This document shows, in pieces, positions 10,879-21,699 of a stretch of DNA of 64,000 bases. The position numbers were made by a program, and so were the translations under genes. Below the pieces are notes generated by a model. That model had not been told where the DNA came from, ran no database searches, and was given only the letters and a program-made list of their open reading frames with translations. Within the stretch, counting starts at the first letter, position 1. Every line of letters begins with the position of its first letter. Source of the DNA: an uncultured Clostridia bacterium (GTDB taxonomy: Bacteria; Bacillota; Clostridia; TANB77; CAG-508); contig CAKOVX010000002.1 in assembly GCA_934122155.1 (NCBI GenBank), positions 1,437 through 65,436 of the forward strand. The letters are read 5' to 3'.

Positions 10879-10977
10879 TTTAAAACTTTCCTTTCTCTCT
10901 TGTGAATAATTATTTCCAATTCTTTGTAATTATATACTAATAAATATTACTTGTAAACAATATAACTATAAAAAATA

Positions 10978-11008
10978 AACCCATAGCTAATATTATTAGC
11001 TATGGGTA
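10978..11008 (-). terminator. intrinsic terminator of the 11015..11281 gene
   Basis: acccatagctaatattattagctatgggt hairpin followed on the minus strand by a T-run. Confidence 0.6.
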
Positions 11009-11014
11009 AGGACT

Positions 11015-11281
11015 TTACCTAAGTTCATTTAGAACTTTATAAATTCTTTCTGAGAGCTCACATTCAGAAATCTCACCTTTTTCAAAATCACTAATTGCTT
11101 CTTCTACTTTTTGTTGATATTCTGCGAATTCTTCTGGCCAGCTTGCATGTTGTTTTTCTAGGTTACATAGTAGTTTGGTCGTTTTTTCTACCCGCTTGTT
11201 GCTCCAATCAATATATTCAATTGAGTAGAGCAGTTGTTGCAAGAAATTAGCATAGTCTTTTTGAATCTGTGCATTCTTCAT
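11015..11281 (-). CDS. hypothetical 88-aa protein
   Basis: ORF followed by a terminator; no family recognised. Confidence 0.5.
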   Translation of the reverse strand: MKNAQIQKDYANFLQQLLYSIEYIDWSNKRVEKTTKLLCNLEKQHASWPEEFAEYQQKVEEAISDFEKGEISECELSERIYKVLNELR

Positions 11282-11422
11282 TCTGCTTCCCCCTTTAGCC
11301 CTTTTATAAAATAATATGAGTTCTTTTGTATATTATCATAAATTCAACTTTTTTTCAATAGTTATGTCTTTTTATATATGTGCATTTTTAGTTATTTAGC
11401 TTTGTTTTGTCTTACAATATAT

Positions 11423-11605
11423 TTACTTTTTATCTTCATAAAACCAATCTGTACTTTCTTTGTACTTTGTTGGGTTTTCTGCCTTAGATAAATCCTTACT
11501 TATTAAAAACAATGCAATTATATATAATATAGATAAAAATTGTACTATAAAATGTGCATAACCTAAATAAATTATATCTATAACGTCTTCTATATATGGA
11601 AGCAA
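11423..11605 (-). CDS. hypothetical small membrane protein
   Basis: 60-aa ORF with a hydrophobic core; weak support. Confidence 0.25.
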   Translation of the reverse strand: MLPYIEDVIDIIYLGYAHFIVQFLSILYIIALFLISKDLSKAENPTKYKESTDWFYEDKK

Positions 11606-11680
11606 TTTTATGGTATCATATATTAGAATCCAGCCTATTGATGCAATTGCTATATATGTAAATATACATCTTTTTTTCCT

Positions 11681-11899
11681 TTACATTTTTACATTTTCTT
11701 CTTCATCAAATAATACTATATCGTCTTTATTTAGTCTTTCTTTTTTTGCATTATTTTTTTGCATTTTTAGTATTTGATAAATTAATAACATATTTAATAA
11801 TAAATGTACTATTAATGTTGCATAACTTTTTACTTTAAATACATTATATGCTTCTATACACTCATCAATATAATATTGTTTGTCTGTTTTTAGTGCCAT
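11681..11899 (-). CDS. hypothetical small protein
   Basis: 72-aa ORF; weak support. Confidence 0.25.
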   Translation of the reverse strand: MALKTDKQYYIDECIEAYNVFKVKSYATLIVHLLLNMLLIYQILKMQKNNAKKERLNKDDIVLFDEEENVKM

Positions 11900-12194
11900 T
11901 CCTGTTATTCCAATATCTACTTTTGTTTTTTGCTTATCATTTTGAGTAGTATTTTGTGCATTTATTCTTCATTACTTATAGATGGTATGTTTCCTCTATC
12001 CATAAAAGCCATTTTGTTTTCCCCCTAACTTTCTAAGTCTCTATTAAAGTAATTTTAGCATATAAACTTTTTTAGGCAATATTTCCATTAAATTCCTTAT
12101 TATTTTATTTTTTAGCAAATTCTACTTTTCTTTCTTTAAAAATTGTTATATAATAAAGCTCGAATTAATTATAAATACAAGAGGAGTGAAGTTT

Positions 12195-14621
12195 ATGGGA
12201 TACAACTTTAAAGATGTTGAAAAAAAATGGCAAGACAAATGGTATAGTGAAGGCACTTTTTATGCAAAAAATGATCCTTCAATGAAAAAGTGGTATGGAT
12301 TAATTGAGTTTCCATATCCTTCTGGACAAGGATTACACGTTGGTCACCCTCGTAGCTATACTGCATTAGATATTATTGCTAGAAAAAAGAGAATGGAAGG
12401 ATATAATGTGTTATACCCTATTGGGTTTGATGCATTTGGTTTACCAGCTGAAAACTATGCTATTAAAAATCACGTTCATCCTAAAATTACAACTGAGAAA
12501 AATATTAATCATTTTAGAGAGCAATTAAAAGCTTTAGGTTTTTCATTTGACTGGTCTAGAGAAGTTAATACAACTGATCCTAATTATTATAAATGGACTC
12601 AATGGATTTTTATTCAATTATATAAACATGGCTTAGCATATAAAGCTACAATGCCTATAAACTTCTGTACAGGTTGTAAAGTAGGTTTAGCGAATGAAGA
12701 AGTTGTTAATGGTGTTTGTGAAAGATGCGGAAGTCCAGTTGTTCAAAAAGAAAAAAGTCAATGGATGTTAAAAATTACAGAATATGCTCAAAGATTAATT
12801 GACGACCTAGATGATGTTGACTATTTAGATAAAATTAAAGCACAACAAAGAAACTGGATTGGTCGTAGTGAAGGTGCTGAAGTTAAATTTAAACTTGCAA
12901 ATCATAATAAAGAGTTGGTTGTATACACAACAAGACCTGACACACTATTTGGTGCAACATATATGGTAGTTGCTCCAGAACATCCTATTATTAAAGAATT
13001 AGAAAATGAAATTACTAACCTAGATGAAGTAAAGGAATATCAAAGACAAGCTAGTTTGAAATCTGATTTTGAACGCGCTGAATTAAATAAAGAAAAAACA
13101 GGTGTTGAAATTAAAGGTATTAGAGCAGTCAACCCTTTAACAAATACAGAAATTCCAATTTGGGTTTCAGACTATGTTTTAATTACTTATGGTACTGGTG
13201 CAATTATGGCTGTTCCTGCTCATGATACAAGAGACTGGGAATTTGCTAAAAAGTTTAGCTTACCTATCATTCAAGTAATTGAATCTGCAAATGAAAATAC
13301 AGTTTGTGATATTGAAAAAGAAGCTTTTACAGATGTTGCAAGTGGCAAACTTGTTAACTCTGGTTTCTTAACAGGTCTATCTGTTGAAGAAGCAAAGAAA
13401 AAAGTTATTGATTATTTAGAAGAAAATAAAATTGGAACTAGAAAAGTAAATTATAAATTACGTGATTGGGTATTTTCAAGACAACGTTATTGGGGTGAAC
13501 CAATTCCTATGGTTCATTGTGATAAATGTGGATGGGTTCCACTTCCAGAAGAAGAGCTTCCATTATGTTTACCTGATATTGAAGATTATGAACCTGGCGA
13601 AAATGGTGAATCACCTTTAGCTAAGCATACTGATTGGGTTAATACAACTTGCCCTCATTGTGGTGGAAACGCAAAACGTGAGACAGATACAATGCCTCAA
13701 TGGGCTGGTTCATCTTGGTATTATTTAAGATATATGGATGCACATAATGATAAAGCTTTAGCTTCTAAAGAAGCCCTAGAATATTGGAGCCCTGTTGATT
13801 GGTATAATGGTGGTATGGAACATACTACACTTCACTTATTATACTCAAGATTTTGGCATAAGTTCTTATATGATATTGGTGTTGTACCAACTAAAGAACC
13901 TTATCAAAAGCGTACTTCACATGGTATGATTTTAGGTTCAAACGGAGAAAAAATGTCAAAGTCAAAAGGTAATGTTATAAACCCTGATGATATTGTTGAA
14001 GAATTTGGCGCAGATACATTCCGTGTTTATGAAATGTTTATGGGACCATTTGATCAAACTGCTCCATGGTCTATGGAAAGTATTCGTGGATGTGGCAAAT
14101 TTTTAGATAGAGTTTGGAATATGCAAGAATTTTTAGTTGATGGAGATAGCTATTCTCCTGAATTTGAAAAAATGATGCATAAAGCTATTAAAAAGGTTTC
14201 TTCTGATATTGAGGAAATGAAGTTTAATACAGCTGTTTCTACTTTTATGACAATGACAAATGAATTTTATAAATTAAAGAAAATAAACAAAGCAGAATAC
14301 AAAACATTTTTACAATTGTTAAATCCTTTTGCTCCACATATGACTGAAGAGTTATTTGAGATAATTGGCTCAGAAGACACAATAGCAAATACTCCATGGC
14401 CAACTTATGATGAAGCTAAAACTATTGATGATGAAATTGAAATTCCAGTTCAAGTTAATGGAAAAGTAAAAGCAACTGTATCTATTGCCTTAGACACTGA
14501 CGAAGCAATTGTAAAAGAAAAAGTTTATGAAAATCAATCAGTAAAAAATGCAATTAGTGATAAAAATATTGTTAAAGAAATTTATGTAAAAAATAAAATT
14601 TATAATCTTGTTGTTAAATAA
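12195..14621 (+). CDS. leuS: leucine--tRNA ligase
   Basis: [12 protein letters not shown] (HIGH) and KMSKSKGN (KMSKS) motifs; GAGGAG RBS before the ATG at 12195; the ORF-track start at 12186 overlaps the RBS. Confidence 0.97.
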   Translation: MGYNFKDVEKKWQDKWYSEGTFYAKNDPSMKKWYGLIEFPYPSGQGLHVGHPRSYTALDIIARKKRMEGYNVLYPIGFDAFGLPAENYAIKNHVHPKITTEKNINHFREQLKALGFSFDWSREVNTTDPNYYKWTQWIFIQLYKHGLAYKATMPINFCTGCKVGLANEEVVNGVCERCGSPVVQKEKSQWMLKITEYAQRLIDDLDDVDYLDKIKAQQRNWIGRSEGAEVKFKLANHNKELVVYTTRPDTLFGATYMVVAPEHPIIKELENEITNLDEVKEYQRQASLKSDFERAELNKEKTGVEIKGIRAVNPLTNTEIPIWVSDYVLITYGTGAIMAVPAHDTRDWEFAKKFSLPIIQVIESANENTVCDIEKEAFTDVASGKLVNSGFLTGLSVEEAKKKVIDYLEENKIGTRKVNYKLRDWVFSRQRYWGEPIPMVHCDKCGWVPLPEEELPLCLPDIEDYEPGENGESPLAKHTDWVNTTCPHCGGNAKRETDTMPQWAGSSWYYLRYMDAHNDKALASKEALEYWSPVDWYNGGMEHTTLHLLYSRFWHKFLYDIGVVPTKEPYQKRTSHGMILGSNGEKMSKSKGNVINPDDIVEEFGADTFRVYEMFMGPFDQTAPWSMESIRGCGKFLDRVWNMQEFLVDGDSYSPEFEKMMHKAIKKVSSDIEEMKFNTAVSTFMTMTNEFYKLKKINKAEYKTFLQLLNPFAPHMTEELFEIIGSEDTIANTPWPTYDEAKTIDDEIEIPVQVNGKVKATVSIALDTDEAIVKEKVYENQSVKNAISDKNIVKEIYVKNKIYNLVVK

Positions 14622-14782
14622 TTATAATTTTTAGCATATGTATTTAAAAATGAGAAACTTTATAACAAAGCTTCTCATTTTTGTTATATTTTTGTAACAA
14701 AACTGTAATGTTATTGTAATATTATTTTGTATTATTATGTTATATAATGTAAAAGTAAATTACTAAGGAGAAGCATTTATAG

Positions 14783-15874
14783 ATGAACATTGAAGCAGAA
14801 TTAAAAAAAGATGGAATTGAAATTATTGGCAGACTAGACACATTAAGTGTAAATTCTCTTGCTAAAAGTGTTGCTGAACAAATATGTAGCACATTTCCTA
14901 GTGCTCATTTTGATTGCAGTCAACTATTTATTGAGTTTTCTAGAACGCCTATGTATATAGCTACAATGCCTGAAGGTTATGCTGAGGCTACTTATTTTTA
15001 TAAAAATTCCTCTATATATTTTAAAGCTGGAATACCTTTAAAAGACTTAGAAAAGTTTGCTATTCATGAGCTTATTCATCATATTCAAGAAGTTAAAGAT
15101 AAAAATGGTTGTTTATATCGTTTGGGATTATGCGAATTTGGTGCATTAAAAACTTATGGAACAGCTTTAAATGAAGGGGCCGTTCAGTTAGCAACATCAA
15201 AAATATTAAATCAAGAAGAAACTATTGTTAAATATTATGAAATTTCGCTTCCTACAAATAGCCCAAACTGCTACCCTCTTTTATGCAATCTTGTAGCACA
15301 GTTAGCTTATTTAGTTGGTGAAAAAGCTCTATTTGATAGTACATTATTTAGTACAGATCAATTTAAAATTGACTTAATAAATACTTGTGGACGAAAGAAT
15401 TTTGAAATGATTCAAGATTCACTAGATAAAATTTTAAATATTGAAGAAAAAATTATTGTTTTAAACAATAAATTATTAGAAAATGAACTTGCTGATGAAA
15501 AAGCTCAAAAAATTGCATTTAAAATTGGTAAATTAAAGGCAGAATTAAAGTCTACATTTATAAGTACTCAGAACCTAATTTATGGTTCATATTTTGATAA
15601 TGAGTTTCATAAGTTACATACTACTCAAGAAATTGAGCTTTATCGTACTAAACTATACAATTATAAAAATTATATTGGTATTACCGAAAATTATAATGAT
15701 TTTAATAGCTATTATATTGATAAAATGTCTACATTAGAAGAAAAACATGAAGCAATATTAAATAATGTTTCTTTAGTATTGGTTAAAGAAAATAAATTGT
15801 CTAAATTATTTAATAGTATAAAATCTATCTTTAAACTAAATAAAAGTTTTGAAAATGATGAAAATATACAATAA
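14783..15874 (+). CDS. hypothetical protein with HExxH zincin-like motif and coiled-coil C-terminus
   Basis: AIHELIHHIQ with NEGAVQ about 35 aa downstream; no signal peptide; no family recognised. Confidence 0.6.
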   Translation: MNIEAELKKDGIEIIGRLDTLSVNSLAKSVAEQICSTFPSAHFDCSQLFIEFSRTPMYIATMPEGYAEATYFYKNSSIYFKAGIPLKDLEKFAIHELIHHIQEVKDKNGCLYRLGLCEFGALKTYGTALNEGAVQLATSKILNQEETIVKYYEISLPTNSPNCYPLLCNLVAQLAYLVGEKALFDSTLFSTDQFKIDLINTCGRKNFEMIQDSLDKILNIEEKIIVLNNKLLENELADEKAQKIAFKIGKLKAELKSTFISTQNLIYGSYFDNEFHKLHTTQEIELYRTKLYNYKNYIGITENYNDFNSYYIDKMSTLEEKHEAILNNVSLVLVKENKLSKLFNSIKSIFKLNKSFENDENIQ

Positions 15875-15901
15875 AAGTTGGAATTATAAAATTTCCAACT
15901 T

Positions 15902-17164
15902 TTATTGTTTTTCTAAATATTCTATTATGTATCTTGCTGCCTTTTTTCCATCACTCGCTGCCCACGCTACTGTTGAGTTTTGTCCTGTAACATCTCCTCC
16001 TGCAAATACCTTTTTATTTGAAGTTTGGTTTTGTTCATTTACTTGTATATATTTTTTAGGCGTCATATTAATATTGCAACTTTCTATAAGTTCTTTTTCT
16101 GCCTTCCCACCAACTGCCATAATCACATAATCCATATCCATTATATAATTACTGTTTTCAATATTTACTGGGTATTTACGTGTCTCTCCTTCTTTTTGTA
16201 CTAGTTCAGTTTTTATACATTCTATCTGTTCAACTTTATCTGTTCCTAATATTTTTACAATATTGTTTAAAAATAAAAACTCTACTCCTTCTTTTTTTGC
16301 ATCTGCAATTTCTTTTACTTCTGCTGGCATTTCTGCTTCAGACCTTCTATATATTACAACTACTTGTGCAGCTCCCATCTTTTTTATAGTTCTTGCACAG
16401 TCCATTGCAACATTTCCACCTCCAATAACAGCAACTTTTTTATTAGTATAATCAGGATGGTTTTGATTTTCTAGCAGTGAATTGCCTCCATATACTCCAT
16501 TTAGTTCTTCACCTTCAATTACCATTTTTTTGGGCACATTTGCTCCTATTGATAGATATATTGCATTATACTCTTTTTCTAGATCGGCTAAGTTTAAATT
16601 CTTGCCCAACTCTTTTTTACATTGTACTTTTATTCCTAGAGACAAAATCTGTTTGATAGTTTTTTCCACAATTTCATTTGTTAATCTGAATTCTGGTATT
16701 CCTCTTTTTAAAATTCCGCCTAAGTCCTCTTGTTTTTCATATATTGTTACTTGATATCCATTTTTTCTTAAAAATGCAGCTGCTGTTAGTCCAGATGGAC
16801 CTCCTCCAACAATTGCAACTTTTTTGCTTTTTTCTTGAATATTTCCACAGCAGTTTAATAGGCTATCTGAATTATTTAATGCCCAATCTCCTACATATGC
16901 CTCTAATTCTCCAATTGAGACAGGTTGTGATTTGATACCTCTTATACATTTACCTTGGCATTGTCTTTGATGTGGACATATTCTACCACATAAAGCTGGC
17001 ATAACAGTTGTTTCACACAATATTTTATATGCTTCTTCTAAATTGCCTTCTTTTACTTTTTGTATAAAACCTGGAATATTATTTTCAAGTGGACAACCTG
17101 TTCTGCATTGTGGATTTTTGCAATTCAAACAATATTCAGCTTTTTGTTTTATATCATCTTCCAT
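15902..17164 (-). CDS. GltD/SudA-family NAD(P)H oxidoreductase (glutamate synthase small-subunit-like)
   Basis: N-terminal Cys clusters CLNCKNPQC...CGRICPHQRQCQGKC, then GGGPSG FAD and GGGNVAMD NAD(P) motifs. Confidence 0.8.
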   Translation of the reverse strand: MEDDIKQKAEYCLNCKNPQCRTGCPLENNIPGFIQKVKEGNLEEAYKILCETTVMPALCGRICPHQRQCQGKCIRGIKSQPVSIGELEAYVGDWALNNSDSLLNCCGNIQEKSKKVAIVGGGPSGLTAAAFLRKNGYQVTIYEKQEDLGGILKRGIPEFRLTNEIVEKTIKQILSLGIKVQCKKELGKNLNLADLEKEYNAIYLSIGANVPKKMVIEGEELNGVYGGNSLLENQNHPDYTNKKVAVIGGGNVAMDCARTIKKMGAAQVVVIYRRSEAEMPAEVKEIADAKKEGVEFLFLNNIVKILGTDKVEQIECIKTELVQKEGETRKYPVNIENSNYIMDMDYVIMAVGGKAEKELIESCNINMTPKKYIQVNEQNQTSNKKVFAGGDVTGQNSTVAWAASDGKKAARYIIEYLEKQ

Positions 17165-17188
17165 ATCTTACTCCTAATTTATTTTATA

Positions 17189-17740
17189 TTATAAATTCAA
17201 AAAATTCACAACCTCTTTCAAATCTTTCCAAAACTCAATTTTTTTATTTTCATCTCTAAGTAGGGCAGCAGGATGCCAAGTAGGCATATATTTTATTCCT
17301 TTTTGCTCTATCCATTTACCTCTACTTGCTGTAATAGAATAATCTTTGCCTAATACATTTTTTAGTGCTGTACTTCCTAAAAGTACTATAACTTTTGGCT
17401 TTACTAATATTACCTGATTACGCAAATAATTTAGGCACGCTTCTGCTTCATCTTGTTCAGGAACTCTATTTGCTGGTGGTCTGCATTTTACTATGTTTGT
17501 AATATACGCCTCTTGCCTTTTTATTCCTAAACCTTGAAATGCTTTGTTCATAAGTTGACCAGCTTTGCCTACAAAAGGTAGACCTTGAGTGTCCTCGTCT
17601 GCTCCTGGACCTTCACCTATAAACATCAAATCTGCTTGTATATTTCCATCTCCAAACACAATGTTTTTTCTTTTATTACATAATTTACATTTATTACAGT
17701 TTTTTATTTCGTTTTTTAAATCTTCCCAATTGTTATACAT
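17189..17740 (-). CDS. uracil-DNA glycosylase, family 4
   Basis: NCNKCKLC...GEGPGADED...KCRPP motifs. Confidence 0.85.
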   Translation of the reverse strand: MYNNWEDLKNEIKNCNKCKLCNKRKNIVFGDGNIQADLMFIGEGPGADEDTQGLPFVGKAGQLMNKAFQGLGIKRQEAYITNIVKCRPPANRVPEQDEAEACLNYLRNQVILVKPKVIVLLGSTALKNVLGKDYSITASRGKWIEQKGIKYMPTWHPAALLRDENKKIEFWKDLKEVVNFLNL

Positions 17741-17755
17741 TTTTTGTTCCTTTTC

Positions 17756-18871
17756 TTATTTTTCAATATACCCGCTTGTTTTTTGAGTGTACATTTCATC
17801 TGTTACTGATTTATATGTTTCTCCTTTGTAATCATCTGTAAATCCGTTATATGCTTTATATATTTCTCCTGTATCTGTATTATAAACTCTTTCATAACCT
17901 AAAGTTGCATCACTTTGTTTTTGGCTCATAATATCATAAGTTGTTTGTCTGTTTTCCCATGCTTGCATATATGAGTCAAATGCTGCTTGAATTGAGGCAC
18001 TTAAAGCTAAAGCTTGTTTTGTTTGCGCATTTCCGTCATCTATTGTCTTTTTTACATAAGCATCACTAAATTCAATTGAATTAGCTGATTGCAACAAAAC
18101 ATCTTTGTAGTCTATAAATTCATCTTTAGCAGAAGTTATTGACATTATATCATATACCATATAATATAGCATATCTGTTCCACCTTGATATTGGTTTCCA
18201 AAGTTTACTATTGATGCCATAAACATACCTTCTCCTTGTTTGTCATTATCTCCTGTAAATGTGGCTCTCAATACTTTACTATCTAATGCAACACTTTTCA
18301 TAGATGCTTTAGAATCAGATTCTTCTAATTTTGTAAAGTTATTAAATTTAGGAAAATTAAATGTGCTTAATGTTGGTTCAATTGAATTCATGTATGAGCC
18401 TATTTCATTAAATTTTTGATAAAATCCTTCTGTTGTTGGTTTTTCTAAAACCACAGCATCTGCAAATACTTTGTATTGGCTGTTGTTTCCACTTAGCTTA
18501 TAGTAGTTTTGCCAAAAAGCTTTTCCTGCTGTACTTTTTAGTAATGGTTGCATTTTTAACATTAAAAATATTTGATTATTTGTTTCATTTGGATCATATA
18601 CTTTAATTGCATAATACATTCCTGTTCCACCTGTTTCAACTTTCCACCCTTGTGGTTTCTTCATTGAAAACTCTGCTGTTGAATAATCCTCTAATGTTAT
18701 TTGACTTGCTGTATTTGCAATTATTTTAACATTATCTTGGCCTTTAACCGTTCCTCCGTTATTGTTATTTTGTTCTGTATTATTGTTTCTTGTCATTAAA
18801 TATCCTCCTCCAAATACAAGTATAAAAACTACTACAATAGCTATTATCCAATTTCTTTTATTTTTATCCAT
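17756..18871 (-). CDS. hypothetical membrane-anchored extracytoplasmic protein
   Basis: Single N-terminal TM (WIIAIVVVFILVFGGGYL) then a 340-aa polar domain; no family recognised. Confidence 0.6.
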   Translation of the reverse strand: MDKNKRNWIIAIVVVFILVFGGGYLMTRNNNTEQNNNNGGTVKGQDNVKIIANTASQITLEDYSTAEFSMKKPQGWKVETGGTGMYYAIKVYDPNETNNQIFLMLKMQPLLKSTAGKAFWQNYYKLSGNNSQYKVFADAVVLEKPTTEGFYQKFNEIGSYMNSIEPTLSTFNFPKFNNFTKLEESDSKASMKSVALDSKVLRATFTGDNDKQGEGMFMASIVNFGNQYQGGTDMLYYMVYDIMSITSAKDEFIDYKDVLLQSANSIEFSDAYVKKTIDDGNAQTKQALALSASIQAAFDSYMQAWENRQTTYDIMSQKQSDATLGYERVYNTDTGEIYKAYNGFTDDYKGETYKSVTDEMYTQKTSGYIEK

Positions 18872-19023
18872 ATTTTCTTCCTCCTTGAGTGTATTATACT
18901 ATAATGTAATTATAAAAATCTAGTTTTTATATTTATTTTTACCAATTTTTCTGTGACTATTCGGTAATTGATTTTTGCATAATTTTGTGCTAATATAGAT
19001 GAGCAAATTAATGGAGGTTTAAT

Positions 19024-20760
19024 ATGACTTTTAGTGAACAATTAAATAAATATTTAGAACAATTTTCTTGTTCTTCTCAAGAACTGGTAACTGCTTCTGG
19101 CTTATCTTCAACAGTTGTTAGCCGTTATCGCAAAGGAGATAGAACTCCAAGTATAAAAAGCACTCAACTTGAGCAATTAGTAAAAGGGCTATGTTCTATT
19201 GCAACTGACAGAAAAATTAATATCTCGCAAGATGAAATTTATAGTAGTTTGGCAAATACTTTAAATGATGTTTTTGTTGACTTTGAACAATTAAGTAAAA
19301 ATTTTAATGAAATAATTTCTGCTTTAAATATAAGTGTTGCTGATTTAGCTCGTTCTATTGGTTATGATGCTTCTTTTTTATCTAAAATTCGTACAGGAAA
19401 TAGAAGCCCAGCAAAGCCAAAGGATTTTATTGAATCTGTTTGTAAATTTATAGTAGCAAAGTATACATCTCAAGCTAATAAAGAAACTATTGCTTTGCTT
19501 ATTGGGTGTAAAATTGAAGATTTAAAAGATGCTAATTATTTAATTAAATTAGAAAGTTGGTTTTCTACTAATACCTCTACTAATTCTATTAGTAGCTTTT
19601 TAAAAAACTTAGATGAATTTGATTTGAATCAGTATATAAAAGCTATTCATTTTGATGAAATGAAGGTCCCTTTTGTACCTTTTTATAAATCTTCTTCTAA
19701 AAATTATTATGGTATAGAAGAAATGAAAAAAGGAGAATTAGACTTTTTTAAAGCTACTGTTTTTTCAAAATCTGATGAACCTGTTTTTATGTGTAGTGAT
19801 ATGCCTATGGAAGATATGGCTGAAGATATAGATTTTGGTAAAAAGTGGATGTTTGCTATTGCAATGACTTTAAAAAAGGGATTGCATTTGAATATTATTC
19901 ATAATTTAGATAGACCTTTTAATGAAATGATGTTAGGTTTAGAAAGTTGGATTCCTATTTATATGACAGGACAGGTTTCTCCTTATTTTCTAAAGGGTAC
20001 TCCAAATTCTATATATTGTCATTTTAATTATGTTTCAGGAGCTGCTGCTCTTACAGGAGAATGTATAAATGGATACCATAGCAAGGGAAAATATTATTTA
20101 ACTAGTTCTAAAAATGATATTGCTTATTACAAAGAAAAAGCTAAATGCTTACTTAGTAAGGCTACTCCTCTTATGGAAATTTATAGGTCAGAATCAAAAA
20201 ATGCCTTTTCTGTGTTTATGGCTTCAAGTACTAAAATCAATTGTCCTCGTAGAAGAATAGTGTCTTCATTACCAATTCACACTATATCTGAAGATTTACT
20301 TTTAAAAATTTTAGAACATAATAATATTTCTAAACAAGATGTTGAAAACATATTAAATGCTGTTAATGAACAAAAAAGGTTAATTACAGCTGTGTTAAAA
20401 GAAAATACTTTTGAAGATGAAATAACAGAACTTTCAAAAGAAGATTTTGAAGTATTACATCCTTCCCTTTCTCTTTCAGATAGTTTTTACGAAGGTAAAA
20501 TTTGCTATAATTATGATGAATATTTAGAGCATTTAGAATTGACAAAAAAATATGCAGATAAAATTAATAATTATATATTAAATACTAATTGTTACCATAC
20601 ATTTAAAAATATACAAATTTTATTCTGTGGAAATGAATGGGTAATGATTTCAAAGGCTAATAGTCCTTCTATTCATTTTGTAATTCATCATCCAAAATTA
20701 ATGGAAGCACTTAAAAATTTCATACCACCAGTTATAGAAAAAAGAGACAGTGACTTATAA
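19024..20760 (+). CDS. putative transcriptional regulator, tandem XRE-type HTH domains plus a large uncharacterised C-terminal domain
   Basis: Two HTH-like segments (SQELVTASGLSSTVVSRYRKGDRTPS and VADLARSIGYDASFLSKIRTGNRSP) followed by about 430 aa of unknown function. Confidence 0.6.
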   Translation: MTFSEQLNKYLEQFSCSSQELVTASGLSSTVVSRYRKGDRTPSIKSTQLEQLVKGLCSIATDRKINISQDEIYSSLANTLNDVFVDFEQLSKNFNEIISALNISVADLARSIGYDASFLSKIRTGNRSPAKPKDFIESVCKFIVAKYTSQANKETIALLIGCKIEDLKDANYLIKLESWFSTNTSTNSISSFLKNLDEFDLNQYIKAIHFDEMKVPFVPFYKSSSKNYYGIEEMKKGELDFFKATVFSKSDEPVFMCSDMPMEDMAEDIDFGKKWMFAIAMTLKKGLHLNIIHNLDRPFNEMMLGLESWIPIYMTGQVSPYFLKGTPNSIYCHFNYVSGAAALTGECINGYHSKGKYYLTSSKNDIAYYKEKAKCLLSKATPLMEIYRSESKNAFSVFMASSTKINCPRRRIVSSLPIHTISEDLLLKILEHNNISKQDVENILNAVNEQKRLITAVLKENTFEDEITELSKEDFEVLHPSLSLSDSFYEGKICYNYDEYLEHLELTKKYADKINNYILNTNCYHTFKNIQILFCGNEWVMISKANSPSIHFVIHHPKLMEALKNFIPPVIEKRDSDL

Positions 20761-20777
20761 AATGTCACTATCTTTTT

Positions 20778-21689
20778 TTATTTTACACATTCTTCTATTA
20801 ATTCAATTTTCTTTTCTAAGTTTGTATCAATCTTTGCCATTGTTCCAATTGGTATAACAGTTTTCTTATCTATATGACCAAAATTATTTGATTTTATTAT
20901 TGGAAAACTGTATTCTCCATCTAATGTATCTAACAAAATTTTTTCTATACTTACTGCCCCATCATAATTTCCTAGCCAAATTCCTTTTATTTTATCAAAT
21001 ACTCCATTTTGTTTCATATGATAAAAATAATTGCTAACTAATTCTGGTGGTGTTTCAACAAATAGCTCTTCTAAAAATAGTATTTTATCTGTAAAATCAA
21101 TACTATATTTTCCACATATCATTTCATTTACCAAGCTTAAATTACCACCTACTAAAATTCCCTTTGCTTTTCCTTCTTTAATTGTAACATATTCGTCATC
21201 TGCTTTTCCAAAGCTTAAACCACCTTCTACAAATCTTTTCATTACTTCTTCATAGCCATATTTAGTTTGCCATGAAGTTAATGCTTTAAATGTTGGGCCA
21301 TGAAAAGTTACTAATCCAGTTTTTGCATAAATTGCATTTAAAAGTGATGTTGAATCACTAAATCCACATATTATTTTAGGATGATATTTTATTGCATCAT
21401 AATCTAAATAATCAAATGTAGAATTTGAATTAAAACCTCCTGATATGCAAAATATAGCTTTAGTTTCGTCATCTTGAAACATATAATTTATATCTTCTGC
21501 TTTTTGTTTTGCTGTTGCCGAATATCCTAATTTATTAGTTATTGCATTTGGTGCAAATTTAATATTAAACCCTGAAATTTCCATAAGCATTATTGAATTA
21601 TTTATTGTTTCTAGATCTTCTTTTAATACAGGGCTTGATGGTGCTATTAAACCAATAGTATCACCTTTTTTTAACCTTTCAGGTATCAT
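20778..21689 (-). CDS. LD-carboxypeptidase (peptidase S66)
   Basis: GDTIGLIAPSSP...GFSDST...HGP family motifs. Confidence 0.85.
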   Translation of the reverse strand: MIPERLKKGDTIGLIAPSSPVLKEDLETINNSIMLMEISGFNIKFAPNAITNKLGYSATAKQKAEDINYMFQDDETKAIFCISGGFNSNSTFDYLDYDAIKYHPKIICGFSDSTSLLNAIYAKTGLVTFHGPTFKALTSWQTKYGYEEVMKRFVEGGLSFGKADDEYVTIKEGKAKGILVGGNLSLVNEMICGKYSIDFTDKILFLEELFVETPPELVSNYFYHMKQNGVFDKIKGIWLGNYDGAVSIEKILLDTLDGEYSFPIIKSNNFGHIDKKTVIPIGTMAKIDTNLEKKIELIEECVK

Positions 21690-21699
21690 ATTACTCCTC

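Noticed and set aside
11900-12194. T-box leader upstream of leuS
   Set aside because: No GGGUGGNACCGCG T-box sequence or terminator is present.
15849-16130. 93-aa plus-strand ORF overlapping the 3' end of the HExxH gene and the gltD-like gene
   Set aside because: Antisense overlap, no RBS, low-complexity hydrophobic translation.
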